From Auanema rhodensis (taxonomy: Eukaryota; Animalia; Nematoda), in NCBI GenBank assembly GCA_964057225.1, contig OZ059900.1:13020001-13084000 (forward strand): a stretch of 64,000 nucleotides of DNA, in the 5' to 3' direction. Below, one piece after another: positions 15,001 to 30,000 of the stretch (the first letter of the stretch is position 1; every line of letters starts with the position of its first letter). Position numbers and translations under genes: made by a program. Below the pieces are notes generated by a model. It was not told the DNA's origin. It saw nothing but the letters and a program-made list of their open reading frames with translations, and made no database searches.

Positions 15001-18000
15001 AAATCTATTAAGGAAACTTATGAACTGTTCTAGCCTATCGCCGTATAAGTGATCAGTGTACAAAGCTATACAAAGCTTTATCCAGTCAAACTATAATGTA
15101 AAAGACGCGTCATGTTCATATTCAAATTTGTTTTGCTTTGGCATCTATAGTGTCATATAATCATACTAAGACAAACAGTTTTCAATATTGCACACTCATG
15201 GTGTGCTTTCCAAAATGTATTTCCAACTCAGAAGTTCTCTGGTTAGATTGAGATACTACCTCTAACTTGGGTAATTAAACCAAATCTATTAAGGAAACTT
15301 ATGAACTGTTCTAGCCTATCGCCGTATAAGTGATCAGTGTACAAAGCTATACAAAGCTTTATCCAGTCAAACTATAATGTAAAAGACGCGTCATGTTCAT
15401 ATTCAAATTTGTTTTGCTTTGGCATCTATAGTGTCATATAATCATACTAAGACAAACAGTTTTCAATATTGCACACTCATGGTGTGCTTTCCAAAATGTA
15501 TTTCCAACTCAGAAGTTCTCTGGTTAGATTGAGATACTACCTCTAACTTGGGTAATTAAACCAAATCTATTCAGGAAACTTATGAACTGTTCTAGCCTAT
15601 CGCCGTATATGTGATCAGTGTACAAAGCTATACAAAGCTTTATCCGGTCAAACTATAATGTAAAAGACGCGTCATGTTCATATTCAAATTTGTTTTGCTT
15701 TGGCATCTATAGGGTCATATAATCATACTAAGACAGACAGTTTTCAATATTGCACACTCATGGTGTGCTTTCCAAAATGTATTTCCAACTCAGAAGTTCT
15801 CTGGTTTGATTGAGATACTACCTCTAACTTGGGTAATTAAACCAAATCTATTCAGGAAACTTATGAACTGTTCTAGCCTATCGCCGTATATGTGATCAGT
15901 GTACAAAGCTATACAAAGCTTTATCCGGTCAAACTATAATGTAAAAGACGCGTCATGTTCATATTCAAATTTGTTTTGCTTTGGCATCTATAGGGTCATA
16001 TAATCATACTAAGACAGACAGTTTTCAATATTGCACACTCATGGTGTGCTTTCCAAAATGTATTTCCAACTCAGAAGTTCTCTGGTTAGATTGAGATACT
16101 ACCTCTAACTTGGGTAATTAAACCAAATCTATTAAGGAAACTTATGAACTGTTCTAGCCTATCGCCGTATAAGTGATCAGTGTACAAAGCTATACAAAGC
16201 TTTATCCAGTCAAACTATAATGTAAAAGACGCGTCATGTTCATATTCAAATTTGTTTTGCTTTGGCATCTATAGTGTCATATAATCATACTAAGACAAAC
16301 AGTTTTCAATATTGCACACTCATGGTGTGCTTTCCAAAATGTATTTCCAACTCAGAAGTTCTCTGGTTAGATTGAGATACTACCTCTAACTTGGGTAATT
16401 AAACCAAATCTATTCAGGAAACTTATGAACTGTTCTAGCCTATCGCCGTATATGTGATCAGTGTACAAAGCTATACAAAGCTTTATCCGGTCAAACTATA
16501 ATGTAAAAGACGCGTCATGTTCATATTCAAATTTGTTTTGCTTTGGCATCTATAGGGTCATATAATCATACTAAGACAGACAGTTTTCAATATTGCACAC
16601 TCATGGTGTGCTTTCCAAAATGTATTTCCAACTCAGAAGTTCTCTGGTTTGATTGAGATAGTACCTCTAACTTGGGTAATTAAACCAAATCTATTCAGGA
16701 AACTTATGAACTGTTCTAGCCTATCGCCGTATATGTGATCAGTGTACAAAGCTATACAAAGCTTTATCCGGTCAAACTATAATGTAAAAGACGCGTCATG
16801 TTCATATTCAAATTTGTTTTGCTTTGGCATCTATAGGGTCATATAATCATACTAAGACAGACAGTTTTCAATATTGCACACTCATGGTGTGCTTTCCAAA
16901 ATGTATTTCCAACTCAGAAGTTCTCTGGTTTGATTGAGATACTACCTCTAACTTGGGTAATTAAACCAAATCTATTCAGGAAACTTATGAACTGTTCTAG
17001 CCTATCGCCGTATATGTGATCAGTGTACAAAGCTATACAAAGCTTTATCCGGTCAAACTATAATGTAAAAGACGCGTCATGTTCATATTCAAATTTGTTT
17101 TGCTTTGGCATCTATAGTGTCATATAATCATACTAAGACAGACAGTTTTCAATATTGCACACTCATGGTGTGCTTTCCAAAATGTATTTCCGACTCAGAA
17201 GTTCTCTGGTTTGATTGAGATACTACCTCTAACTTGGGTAATTAAACCAAATCTATTCAGGAAACTTATGAACTGTTCTAGCCTATCGCCGTATAAGTGA
17301 TCAGTGTACAAAGCTATACAAAGCTTTATCCAGTCAAACTATAATGTAAAAGACGCGTCATGTTCATATTCAAATTTGTTTTGCTTTGGCATCTATAGTG
17401 TCATATAATCATACTAAGACAAACAGTTTTCAATATTGCACACTCATGGTGTGCTTTCCAAAATGTATTTCCGACTCAGAAGTTCTCTGGTTTGATTGAG
17501 ATACTACCTCTAACTTGGGTAATTAAACCAAATCTATTCAGGAAACTTATGAACTGTTCTAGCCTATCGCCGTATAAGTGATCAGTGTACAAAGCTATAC
17601 AAAGCTTTATCCAGTCAAACTATAATGTAAAAGACGCGTCATGTTCATATTCAAATTTGTTTTGCTTTGGCATCTATAGTGTCATATAATCATACTAAGA
17701 CAAACAGTTTTCAATATTGCACACTCATGGTGTGCATTCCAAAATGTATTTCCAACTCAGAAGTTCTCTGGTTTGATTGAGATACTACCTCTAACTTGGG
17801 TAATTAAACCAAATCTATTCAGGAAACTTATGAACTGTTCTAGCCTATCGCCGTATATGTGATCAGTGTACAAAGCTATACAAAGCTTTATCCGGTCAAA
17901 CTATAATGTAAAAGACGCGTCATGTTCATATTCAAATTTGTTTTGCTTTGGCATCTATAGTGTCATATAATCATACTAAGACAAACAGTTTTCAATATTG

Positions 18001-21000
18001 CACACTCATGGTGTGCTTTCCAAAATGTATTTCCAACTCAGAAGTTCTCTGGTTAGATTGAGATACTACCTCTAACTTGGGTAATTAAACCAAATCTATT
18101 CAGGAAACTTATGAACTGTTCTAGCCTATCGCCGTTTATGTGATCAGTGTACAAAGCTATACAAAGCTTTATCCGGTCAAACTATAATGTAAAAGACGCG
18201 TCATGTTCATATTCAAATTTGTTTTGCTTTGGCATCTATAGTGTCATATAATCATACTAAGACAAACAGTTTTCAATATTGCACACTCATGGTGTGCTTT
18301 CCAAAATGTATTTCCAACTCAGAAGTTCTCTGGTTAGATTGAGATACTACCTCTAACTTGGGTAATTAAACCAAATCTATTCAGGAAACTTATGAACTGT
18401 TCTAGCCTATCGCCGTATAAGTGATCAGTGTACAAAGCTATACAAAGCTTTATCCAGTCAAACTATAATGTAAAAGACGCGTCATGTTCATATTCAAATT
18501 TGTTTTGCTTTGGCATCTATAGGGTCATATAATCATACTAAGACAGACAGTTTTCAATATTGCACACTCATGGTGTGCTTTCCAAAATGTATTTCCAACT
18601 CAGAAGTTCTCTGGTTTGATTGAGATACTACCTCTAACTTGGGTAATTAAACCAAATCTATTCAGGAAACTTATGAACTGTTCTAGCCTATCGCCGTATA
18701 TGTGATCAGTGTACAAAGCTATACAAAGCTTTATCCGGTCAAACTATAATGTAAAAGACGCGTCATGTTCATATTCAAATTTGTTTTGCTTTGGCATCTA
18801 TAGTGTCATATAATCATACTAAGACAGACAGTTTTCAATATTGCACACTCATGGTGTGCTTTCCAAAATGTATTTCCGACTCAGAAGTTCTCTGGTTTGA
18901 TTGAGATACTACCTCTAACTTGGGTAATTAAACCAAATCTATTCAGGAAACTTATGAACTGTTCTAGCCTATCGCCGTATAAGTGATCAGTGTACAAAGC
19001 TATACAAAGCTTTATCCAGTCAAACTATAATGTAAAAGACGCGTCATGTTCATATTCAAATTTGTTTTGCTTTGGCATCTATAGTGTCATATAATCATAC
19101 TAAGACAAACAGTTTTCAATATTGCACACTCATGGTGTGCTTTCCAAAATGTATTTCCGACTCAGAAGTTCTCTGGTTTGATTGAGATACTACCTCTAAC
19201 TTGGGTAATTAAACCAAATCTATTCAGGAAACTTATGAACTGTTCTAGCCTATCGCCGTATAAGTGATCAGTGTACAAAGCTATACAAAGCTTTATCCAG
19301 TCAAACTATAATGTAAAAGACGCGTCATGTTCATATTCAAATTTGTTTTGCTTTGGCATCTATAGTGTCATATAATCATACTAAGACAAACAGTTTTCAA
19401 TATTGCACACTCATGGTGTGCATTCCAAAATGTATTTCCAACTCAGAAGTTCTCTGGTTTGATTGAGATACTACCTCTAACTTGGGTAATTAAACCAAAT
19501 CTATTCAGGAAACTTATGAACTGTTCTAGCCTATCGCCGTATATGTGATCAGTGTACAAAGCTATACAAAGCTTTATCCGGTCAAACTATAATGTAAAAG
19601 ACGCGTCATGTTCATATTCAAATTTGTTTTGCTTTGGCATCTATAGTGTCATATAATCATACTAAGACAAACAGTTTTCAATATTGCACACTCATGGTGT
19701 GCTTTCCAAAATGTATTTCCAACTCAGAAGTTCTCTGGTTAGATTGAGATACTACCTCTAACTTGGGTAATTAAACCAAATCTATTCAGGAAACTTATGA
19801 ACTGTTCTAGCCTATCGCCGTATATGTGATCAGTGTACAAAGCTATACAAAGCTTTATCCGGTCAAACTATAATGTAAAAGACGCGTCATGTTCATATTC
19901 AAATTTGTTTTGCTTTGGCATCTATAGTGTCATATAATCATACTAAGACAAACAGTTTTCAATATTGCACACTCATGGTGTGCTTTCCAAAATGTATTTC
20001 CAACTCAGAAGTTCTCTGGTTAGATTGAGATACTACCTCTAACTTGGGTAATTAAACCAAATCTATTCAGGAAACTTATGAACTGTTCTAGCCTATCGCC
20101 GTATATGTGATCAGTGTACAAAGCTATACAAAGCTTTATCCGGTCAAACTATAATGTAAAAGACGCGTCATGTTCATATTCAATTTTGTTTTGCTTTGGC
20201 ATCTATAGTGTCATATAATCATACTAAGACAAACAGTTTTCAATATTGCACACTCATGGTGTGCTTTCCAAAATGTATTTCCAACTCAGAAGTTCTCTGG
20301 TTAGATTGAGATACTACCTCTAACTTGGGTAATTAAACCAAATCTATTCAGGAAACTTATGAACTGTTCTAGCCTATCGCCGTATATGTGATCAGTGTAC
20401 AAAGCTATACAAAGCTTTATCCGGTCAAACTATAATGTAAAAGACGCGTCATGTTCATATTCAAATTTGTTTTGCTTTGGCATCTATAGTGTCATATAAT
20501 CATACTAAGACAAACAGTTTTCAATATTGCACACTCATGGTGTGCTTTCCAAAATGTATTTCCAACTCAGAAGTTCTCTGGTTAGATTGAGATACTACCT
20601 CTAACTTGGGTAATTAAACCAAATCTATTCAGGAAACTTATGAACTGTTCTAGCCTATCGCCGTATAAGTGATCAGTGTACAAAGCTATACAAAGCTTTA
20701 TCCAGTCAAACTATAATGTAAAAGACGCGTCATGTTCATATTCAAATTTGTTTTGCTTTGGCATCTATAGGGTCATATAATCATACTAAGGCAGACAGTT
20801 TTCAATATTGCACACTCATGGTGTGCTTTCCAAAATGTATTTCCAACTCAGAAGTTCTCTGGTTAGATTGAGATACTACCTCTAACTTGGGTAATTAAAC
20901 CAAATCTATTCAGGAAACTTATGAACTGTTCTAGCCTATCGCCGTATAAGTGATCAGTGTACAAAGCTATACAAAGCTTTATCCAGTCAAACTATAATGT

Positions 21001-24000
21001 AAAAGACGCGTCATGTTCATATTCAAATTTGTTTTGCTTTGGCATCTATAGGGTCATATAATCATACTAAGGCAGACAGTTTTCAATATTGCACACTCAT
21101 GGTGTGCTTTCCAAAATGTATTTCCAACTCAGAAGTTCTCTGGTTAGATTGAGATACTACCTCTAACTTGGGTAATTAAACCAAATCTATTCAGGAAACT
21201 TATGAACTGTTCTAGCCTATCGCCGTATAAGTGATCAGTGTACAAAGCTATACAAAGATTTATCCAGTCAAACTATAATGTAAAAGACGCGTCATGTTCA
21301 TATTCAAATTTGTTTTGCTTTGGCATCTATAGGGTCATATAATCATACTAAGGCAGACAGTTTTCAATATTGCACACTCATGGTGTGCTTTCCAAAATGT
21401 ATTTCCAACTCAGAAGTTCTCTGGTTAGATTGAGATACTACCTCTAACTTGGGTAATTAAACCAAATCTATTCAGGAAACTTATGAACTGTTCTAGCCTA
21501 TCGCCGTATATGTGATCAGTGTACAAAGCTATACAAAGCTTTATCCGGTCAAACTATAATGTAAAAGACGCGTCATGTTCATATTCAAATTTGTTTTGCT
21601 TTGGCATCTATAGTGTCATATAATCATACTAAGACAAACAGTTTTCAATATTGCACACTCATGGTGTGCTTTCCAAAATGTATTTCCAACTCAGAAGTTC
21701 TCTGGTTAGATTGAGATACTACCTCTAACTTGGGTAATTAAACCAAATCTATTCAGGAAACTTATGAACTGTTCTAGCCTATCGCCGTATATGTGATCAG
21801 TGTACAAAGCTATACAAAGCTTTATCCGGTCAAACTATAATGTAAAAGACGCGTCATGTTCATATTCAAATTTGTTTTGCTTTGGCATCTATAGTGTCAT
21901 ATAATCATACTAAGACAAACAGTTTTCAATATTGCACACTCATGGTGTGCTTTCCAAAATGTATTTCCAACTCAGAAGTTCTCTGGTTAGATTGAGATAC
22001 TACCTCTAACTTGGGTAATTAAACCAAATCTATTCAGGAAACTCATGAACTGTTCTAGCCTATCGCCGTATATGTGATCAGTGTACAAAGCTATACAAAG
22101 CTTTATCCGGTCAAACTATAATGTAAAAGACGCGTCATGTTCATATTCAAATTTGTTTTGCTTTGGCATCTATAGTGTCATATAATCATACTAAGACAAA
22201 CAGTTTTCAATATTGCACACTCATGGTGTGCTTTCCAAAATGTATTTCCAACTCAGAAGTTCTCTGGTTAGATTGAGATACTACCTCTAACTTGGGTAAT
22301 TGAACCAAATCTATTCAGGAAACTTATGAACTGTTCTAGCCTATCGCCGTATATGTGATCAGTGTACAAAGCTATACAAAGCTTTATCCGGTCATACTAT
22401 AATGTAAAAGACGCGTCATGTTCATATTCAAATTTGTTTTGCTTTGGCATCTATAGGGTCATATAATCATACTAAGGCAGACAGTTTTCAATATTGCACA
22501 GTCATGGTGTGCTTTCCAAAATGTATTTCCAACTCAGAAGTTCTCTGGTTTGATTGAGATACTACCTCTAACTTGGGTAATTAAACCAAATCTATTCAGG
22601 AAACTTATGAACTGTTCTAGCCTATCGCCGTATAAGTGATCAGTGTACAAAGCTATACAAAGCTTTATCCAGTCAAACTATAATGTAAAAGACGCGTCAT
22701 GTTCATATTCAAATTTGTTTTGCTTTGGCATCTATAGTGTCATATAATCATACTAAGACAGACAGTTTTCAATATTGCACACTCATGGTGTGCTTTCCAA
22801 AATGTATTTCCAACTCAGAAGTTCTCTGGTTAGATTGAGATACTACCTCTAACTTGGGTAATTAAACCAAATCTATTCAGGAAACTTATGAACTGTTCTA
22901 GCCTATCGCCGTATATGTGATCAGTGTACAAAGCTATACAAAGCTTTATCCGGTCAAACTATAATGTAAAAGACGCGTCATGTTCATATTCAAATTTGTT
23001 TTGCTTTGGCATCTATAGGGTCATATAATCATACTAAGGCAGACAGTTTTCAATATTGCACACTCATGGTGTGCTTTCCAAAATGTATTTCCAACTCAGA
23101 AGTTCTCTGGTTTGATTGAGATACTACCTCTAACTTGGGTAATTAAACCAAATCTATTCAGGAAACTTATGAACTGTTCTAGCCTATCGCCGTATAAGTG
23201 ATCAGTGTACAAAGCTATACAAAGCTTTATCCAGTCAAACTATAATGTAAAAGACGCGTCATGTTCATATTCAAATTTGTTTTGCTTTGGCATCTATAGT
23301 GTCATATAATCATACTAAGACAGACAGTTTTCAATATTGCACACTCATGGTGTGCTTTCCAAAATGTATTTCCAACTCAGAAGTTCTCTGGTTAGATTGA
23401 GATACTACCTCTAACTTGGGTAATTAAACCAAATCTATTCAGGAAACTTATGAACTGTTCTAGCCTATCGCCGTATATGTGATCAGTGTACAAAGCTATA
23501 CAAAGCTTTATCCGGTCAAACTATAATGTAAAAGACGCGTCATGTTCATATTAAATTTGTTTTGCTTTGGCATCTATAGTGTCATATAATCATACTAAGA
23601 CAAACAGTTTTCAATATTGCACACTCATGGTGTGCTTTCCAAAATGTATTTCCAACTCAGAAGTTCTCTGGTTAGATTGAGATACTACCTCTAACTTGGG
23701 TAATTAAACCAAATCTATTCAGGAAACTTATGAACTGTTCTAGCCTATCGCCGTATATGTGATCAGTGTATAAAACTATACAAAGCTTTATCCGGTCAAA
23801 CTATAATGTAAAAGACGCGTCATGTTCATATTCAAATTTGTTTTGCTTTGGCATCTATAGTGTCATATAATCATACTAAGACAAACAGTTTTCAATATTG
23901 CACACTCATGGTGTGCTTTCCAAAATGTATTTCCAACTCAGAAGTTCTCTGGTTAGATTGAGATACTACCTCTAACTTGGGTAATTAAACCAAATCTATT

Positions 24001-27000
24001 CAGGAAACTTATGAACTGTTCTAGCCTATCGCCGTATATGTGATCAGTGTACAAAGCTATACAAAGCTTTATCCGGTCAAACTATAATGTAAAAGACGCG
24101 TCATGTTCATATTCAAATTTGTTTTGCTTTGGCATCTATAGGGTCATATAATCATACTAAGGCAGACAGTTTTCAATATTGCACAGTCATGGTGTGCTTT
24201 CCAAAATGTATTTCCAACTCAGAAGTTCTCTGGTTAGATTGAGATACTACCTCTAACTTGGGTAATTAAACCAAATCTATTCAGGAAACTTATGAACTGT
24301 TCTAGCCTATCGCCGTATAAGTGATCAGTGTACAAAGCTATACAAAGCTTTATCCAGTCAAACTATAATGTAAAAGACGCGTCATGTTCATATTCAAATT
24401 TGTTTTGCTTTGGCATCTATAGGGTCATATAATCATACTAAGGCAGACAGTTTTCAATATTGCACACTCATGGTGTGCTTTCCAAAATGTATTTCCAACT
24501 CAGAAGTTCTCTGGTTAGATTGAGATACTACCTCTAACTTGGGTAATTAAACCAAATCTATTCAGGAAACTTATGAACTGTTCTAGCCTATCGCCGTATA
24601 AGTGATCAGTGTACAAAGCTATACAAAGCTTTATCCAGTCAAACTATAATGTAAAAGACGCGTCATGTTCATATTCAAATTTGTTTTGCTTTGGCATCTA
24701 TAGGGTCATATAATCATACTAAGGCAGACAGTTTTCAATATTGCACACTCATGGTGTGCTTTCCAAAATGTATTTCCAACTCAGAAGTTCTCTGGTTAGA
24801 TTGAGATACTACCTCTAACTTGGGTAATTAAACCAAATCTATTCAGGAAACTTATGAACTGTTCTAGCCTATCGCCGTATATGTGATCAGTGTACAAAGC
24901 TATACAAAGCTTTATCCGGTCAAACTATAATGTAAAAGACGCGTCATGTTCATATTCAAATTTGTTTTGCTTTGGCATCTATAGTGTCATATAATCATAC
25001 TAAGACAAACAGTTTTCAATATTGCACACTCATGGTGTGCTTTCCAAAATGTATTTCCAACTCAGAAGTTCTCTGGTTAGATTGAGATACTACCTCTAAC
25101 TTGGGTAATTAAACCAAATCTATTCAGGAAACTTATGAACTGTTCTAGCCTATCGCCGTATATGTGATCAGTGTACAAAGCTATACAAAGCTTTATCCGG
25201 TCAAACTATAATGTAAAAGACGCGTCATGTTCATATTCAAATTTGTTTTGCTTTGGCATCTATAGTGTCATATAATCATACTAAGACAAACAGTTTTCAA
25301 TATTGCACACTCATGGTGTGCTTTCCAAAATGTATTTCCAACTCAGAAGTTCTCTGGTTAGATTGAGATACTACCTCTAACTTGGGTAATTAAACCAAAT
25401 CTATTCAGGAAACTTATGAACTGTTCTAGCCTATCGCCGTATATGTGATCAGTGTACAAAGCTATACAAAGCTTTATCCGGTCAAACTATAATGTAAAAG
25501 ACGCGTCATGTTCATATTCAAATTTGTTTTGCTTTGGCATCTATAGGGTCATATAATCATACTAAGACAAACAGTTTTCAATATTGCACTCTCATGGTGT
25601 GCTTTCCAAAATGTATTTCCAACTCAGAAATTCTCTGGTTAGATTGAGATACTACCTCTAACTTGGGTAATTAAACCAAATCTATTCAGGAAACTTATGA
25701 ACTGTTCTAGCCTATCGCCGTATATGTGATCAGTGTACAAAGCTATACAAAGCTTTATCCGGTCAAACTATAATGTAAAAGACGCGTCATGTTCATATTC
25801 AAATTTGTTTTGCTTTGGCATCTATAGTGTCATATAATCATACTAAGACAAACAGTTTTCAATATTGCACACTCATGGTGTGCTTTCCAAAATGTATTTC
25901 CAACTCAGAAGTTTTCTGGTTAGATTGAGATACTACCTCTAACTTGGGTAATTAAACCAAATCTATTCAGGAAACTTATGAACTGTTCTAGCCTATCGCC
26001 GTATATGTGATCAGTGTACAAAGCTATACAAAGCTTTATCCGGTCAAACTATAATGTAAAAGACGCGACATGTTCATATTCAAATTTGTTTTGCTTTGGC
26101 ATCTATAGTGTCATATAATCATACTAAGACAAACAGTTTTCAATATTGCACACTCATGGTGTGCTTTCCAAAATGTATTTCCAACTCAGAAGTTCTCTGG
26201 TTAGATTGAGATACTACCTCTAACTTGGGTAATTAAACCAAATCTATTCAGGAAACTTATGAACTGTTCTAGCCTATCGCCGTATATGTGATCAGTGTAC
26301 AAAGCTATACAAAGCTTTATCCGGTCAAACTATAATGTAAAAGACGCGTCATGTTCATATTCAAATTTGTTTTGCTTTGGCATCTATAGTGTCATATAAT
26401 CATACTAAGACAAACAGTTTTCAATATTGCACACTCATGGTGTGCTTTCCAAAATGTATTTCCAACTCAGAAGTTCTCTGGTTAGATTGAGATACTACCT
26501 CTAACTTGGGTAATTAAACCAAATCTATTCAGGAAACTTATGAACTGTTCTAGCCTATCGCCGTATATGTGATCAGTGTACAAAGCTATACAAAGCTTTA
26601 TCCGGTCAAACTATAATGTAAAAGACGCGTCATGTTCATATTCAAATTTGTTTTGCTTTGGCATCTATAGTGTCATATAATCATACTAAGACAAACAGTT
26701 TTCAATATTGCACACTCATGGTGTGCTTTCCAAAATGTATTTCCAACTCAGAAGTTCTCTGGTTAGATTGAGATACTACCTCTAACTTGGGTAATTAAAC
26801 CAAATCTATTCAGGAAACTTATGAACTGTTCTAGCCTATCGCCGTATAAGTGATCAGTGTACAAAGCTATACAAAGCTTTATCCAGTCAAACTATAATGT
26901 AAAAGACGCGTCATGTTCATATTCAAATTTGTTTTGCTTTGGCATCTATAGGGTCATATAATCATACTAAGGCAGACAGTTTTCAATATTGCACACTCAT

Positions 27001-30000
27001 GGTGTGCTTTCCAAAATGTATTTCCAACTCAGAAGTTCTCTGGTTAGATTGAGATACTACCTCTAACTTGGGTAATTAAACCAAATCTATTCAGGAAACT
27101 TATGAACTGTTCTAGCCTATCGCCGTATAAGTGATCAGTGTACAAAGCTATACAAAGCTTTATCCAGTCAAACTATAATGTAAAAGACGCGTCATGTTCA
27201 TATTCAAATTTGTTTTGCTTTGGCATCTATAGGGTCATATAATCATACTAAGGCAGACAGTTTTCAATATTGCACACTCATGGTGTGCTTTCCAAAATGT
27301 ATTTCCAACTCAGAAGTTCTCTGGTTAGATTGAGATACTACCTCTAACTTGGGTAATTAAACCAAATCTATTCAGGAAACTTATGAACTGTTCTAGCCTA
27401 TCGCCGTATATGTGATCAGTGTACAAAGCTATACAAAGCTTTATCCGGTCAAACTATAATGTAAAAGACGCGTCATGTTCATATTCAAATTTGTTTTGCT
27501 TTGGCATCTATAGTGTCATATAATCATACTAAGACAAACAGTTTTCAATATTGCACACTCATGGTGTGCTTTCCAAAATGTATTTCCAACTCAGAAGTTC
27601 TCTGGTTTGATTGAGATACTACCTCTAACTTGGGTAATTAAACCAAATCTATTCAGGAAACTTATGAACTGTTCTAGCCTATCGCCGTATAAGTGATCAG
27701 TGTACAAAGCTATACAAAGCTTTATCCGGTCAAACTATAATGTAAAAGACGCGTCATGTTCATATTCAAATTTGTTTTGCTTTGGCATCTATAGTGTCAT
27801 ATAATCATACTAAGACAAACAGTTTTCAATATTGCACACTCATGGTGTGCTTTCCAAAATGTATTTCCAACTCAGAAGTTCTCTGGTTTGATTGAGATAC
27901 TACCTCTAACTTGGGTAATTAAACCAAATCTATTCAGGAAACTTATGAACTGTTCTAGCCTATCGCCGTATATGTGATCAGTGTACAAAGCTATACAAAG
28001 CTTTATCCGGTCAAACTATAATGTAAAAGACGCGTCATGTTCATATTCAAATTTGTTTTGCTTTGGCATCTATAGTGTCATATAATCATACTAAGACAAA
28101 CAGTTTTCAATATTGCACACTCATGGTGTGCTTTCCAAAATGTATTTCCAACTCAGAAGTTCTCTGGTTTGATTGAGATACTACCTCTAACTTGGGTAAT
28201 TAAACCAAATCTATTCAGGAAACTTATGAACTGTTCTAGCCTATCGCCGTATAAGTGATCAGTGTACAAAGCTATACAAAGCTTTATCCGGTCAAACTAT
28301 AATGTAAAAGACGCGTCATGTTCATATTCAAATTTGTTTTGCTTTGGCATCTATAGTGTCATATAATCATACTAAGACAAACAGTTTTCAATATTGCACA
28401 CTCATGGTGTGCTTTCCAAAATGTATTTCCAACTCAGAAGTTCTCTGGTTAGATTGAGATACTACCTCTAACTTGGGTAATTAAACCAAATCTATTCAGG
28501 AAACTTATGAACTGTTCTAGCCTATCGCCGTATAAGTGATCAGTGTACAAAGCTATACAAAGCTTTATCCAGTCAAACTATAATGTAAAAGACGCGTCAT
28601 GTTCATATTCAAATTTGTTTTGCTTTGGCATCTATAGGGTCATATAATCATACTAAGGCAGACAGTTTTCAATATTGCACACTCATGGTGTGCTTTCCAA
28701 AATGTATTTCCAACTCAGAAGTTCTCTGGTTAGATTGAGATACTACCTCTAACTTGGGTAATTAAACCAAATCTATTCAGGAAACTTATGAACTGTTCTA
28801 GCCTATCGCCGTATATGTGATCAGTGTACAAAGCTATACAAAGCTTTATCCGGTCAAACTATAATGTAAAAGACGCGTCATGTTCATATTCAAATTTGTT
28901 TTGCTTTGGCATCTATAGTGTCATATAATCATACTAAGACAAACAGTTTTCAATATTGCACACTCATGGTGTGCTTTCCAAAATGTATTTCCAACTCAGA
29001 AGTTCTCTGGTTAGATTGAGATACTACCTCTAACTTGGGTAATTAAACCAAATCTATTCAGGAAACTTATGAACTGTTCTAGCCTATCGCCGTATAAGTG
29101 ATCAGTGTACAAAGCTATACAAAGCTTTATCCAGTCAAACTATAATGTAAAAGACGCGTCATGTTCATATTCAAATTTGTTTTGCTTTGGCATCTATAGG
29201 GTCATATAATCATACTAAGGCAGACAGTTTTCAATATTGCACACTCATGGTGTGCTTTCCAAAATGTATTTCCAACTCAGAAGTTCTCTGGTTAGATTGA
29301 GATACTACCTCTAACTTGGGTAATTAAACCAAATCTATTCAGGAAACTTATGAACTGTTCTAGCCTATCGCCGTATATGTGATCAGTGTACAAAGCTATA
29401 CAAAGCTTTATGCGGTCAAACTATAATGTAAAAGACGCGTCATGTTCATATTCAAATTTGTTTTGCTTTGGCATCTATAGTGTCATATAATCATACTAAG
29501 ACAAACAGTTTTCAATATTGCACACTCATGGTGTGCTTTCCAAAATGTATTTCCAACTCAGAAGTTCTCTGGTTAGATTGAGATACTACCTCTAACTTGG
29601 GTAATTAAACCAAATCTATTCAGGAAACTTATGAACTGTTCTAGCCTATCGCCGTATATGTGATCAGTGTACAAAGCTATACAAAGCTTTATCCGGTCAA
29701 ACTATAATGTAAAAGACGCGTCATGTTCATATTCAAATTTGTTTTGCTTTGGCATCTATAGTGTCATATAATCATACTAAGACAAACAGTTTTCAATATT
29801 GCACACTCATGGCGTGCTTTCCAAAATGTATTTCCAACTCAGAAGTTCTCTGGTTAGATTGAGATACTACCTCTAACTTGGGTAATTAAACCAAATCTAT
29901 TCAGGAAACTTATGAACTGTTCTAGCCTATCGCCGTATATGTGATCAGTGTACAAAGCTATACAAAGCTTTATCCGGTCAAACTATAATGTAAAAGACGC

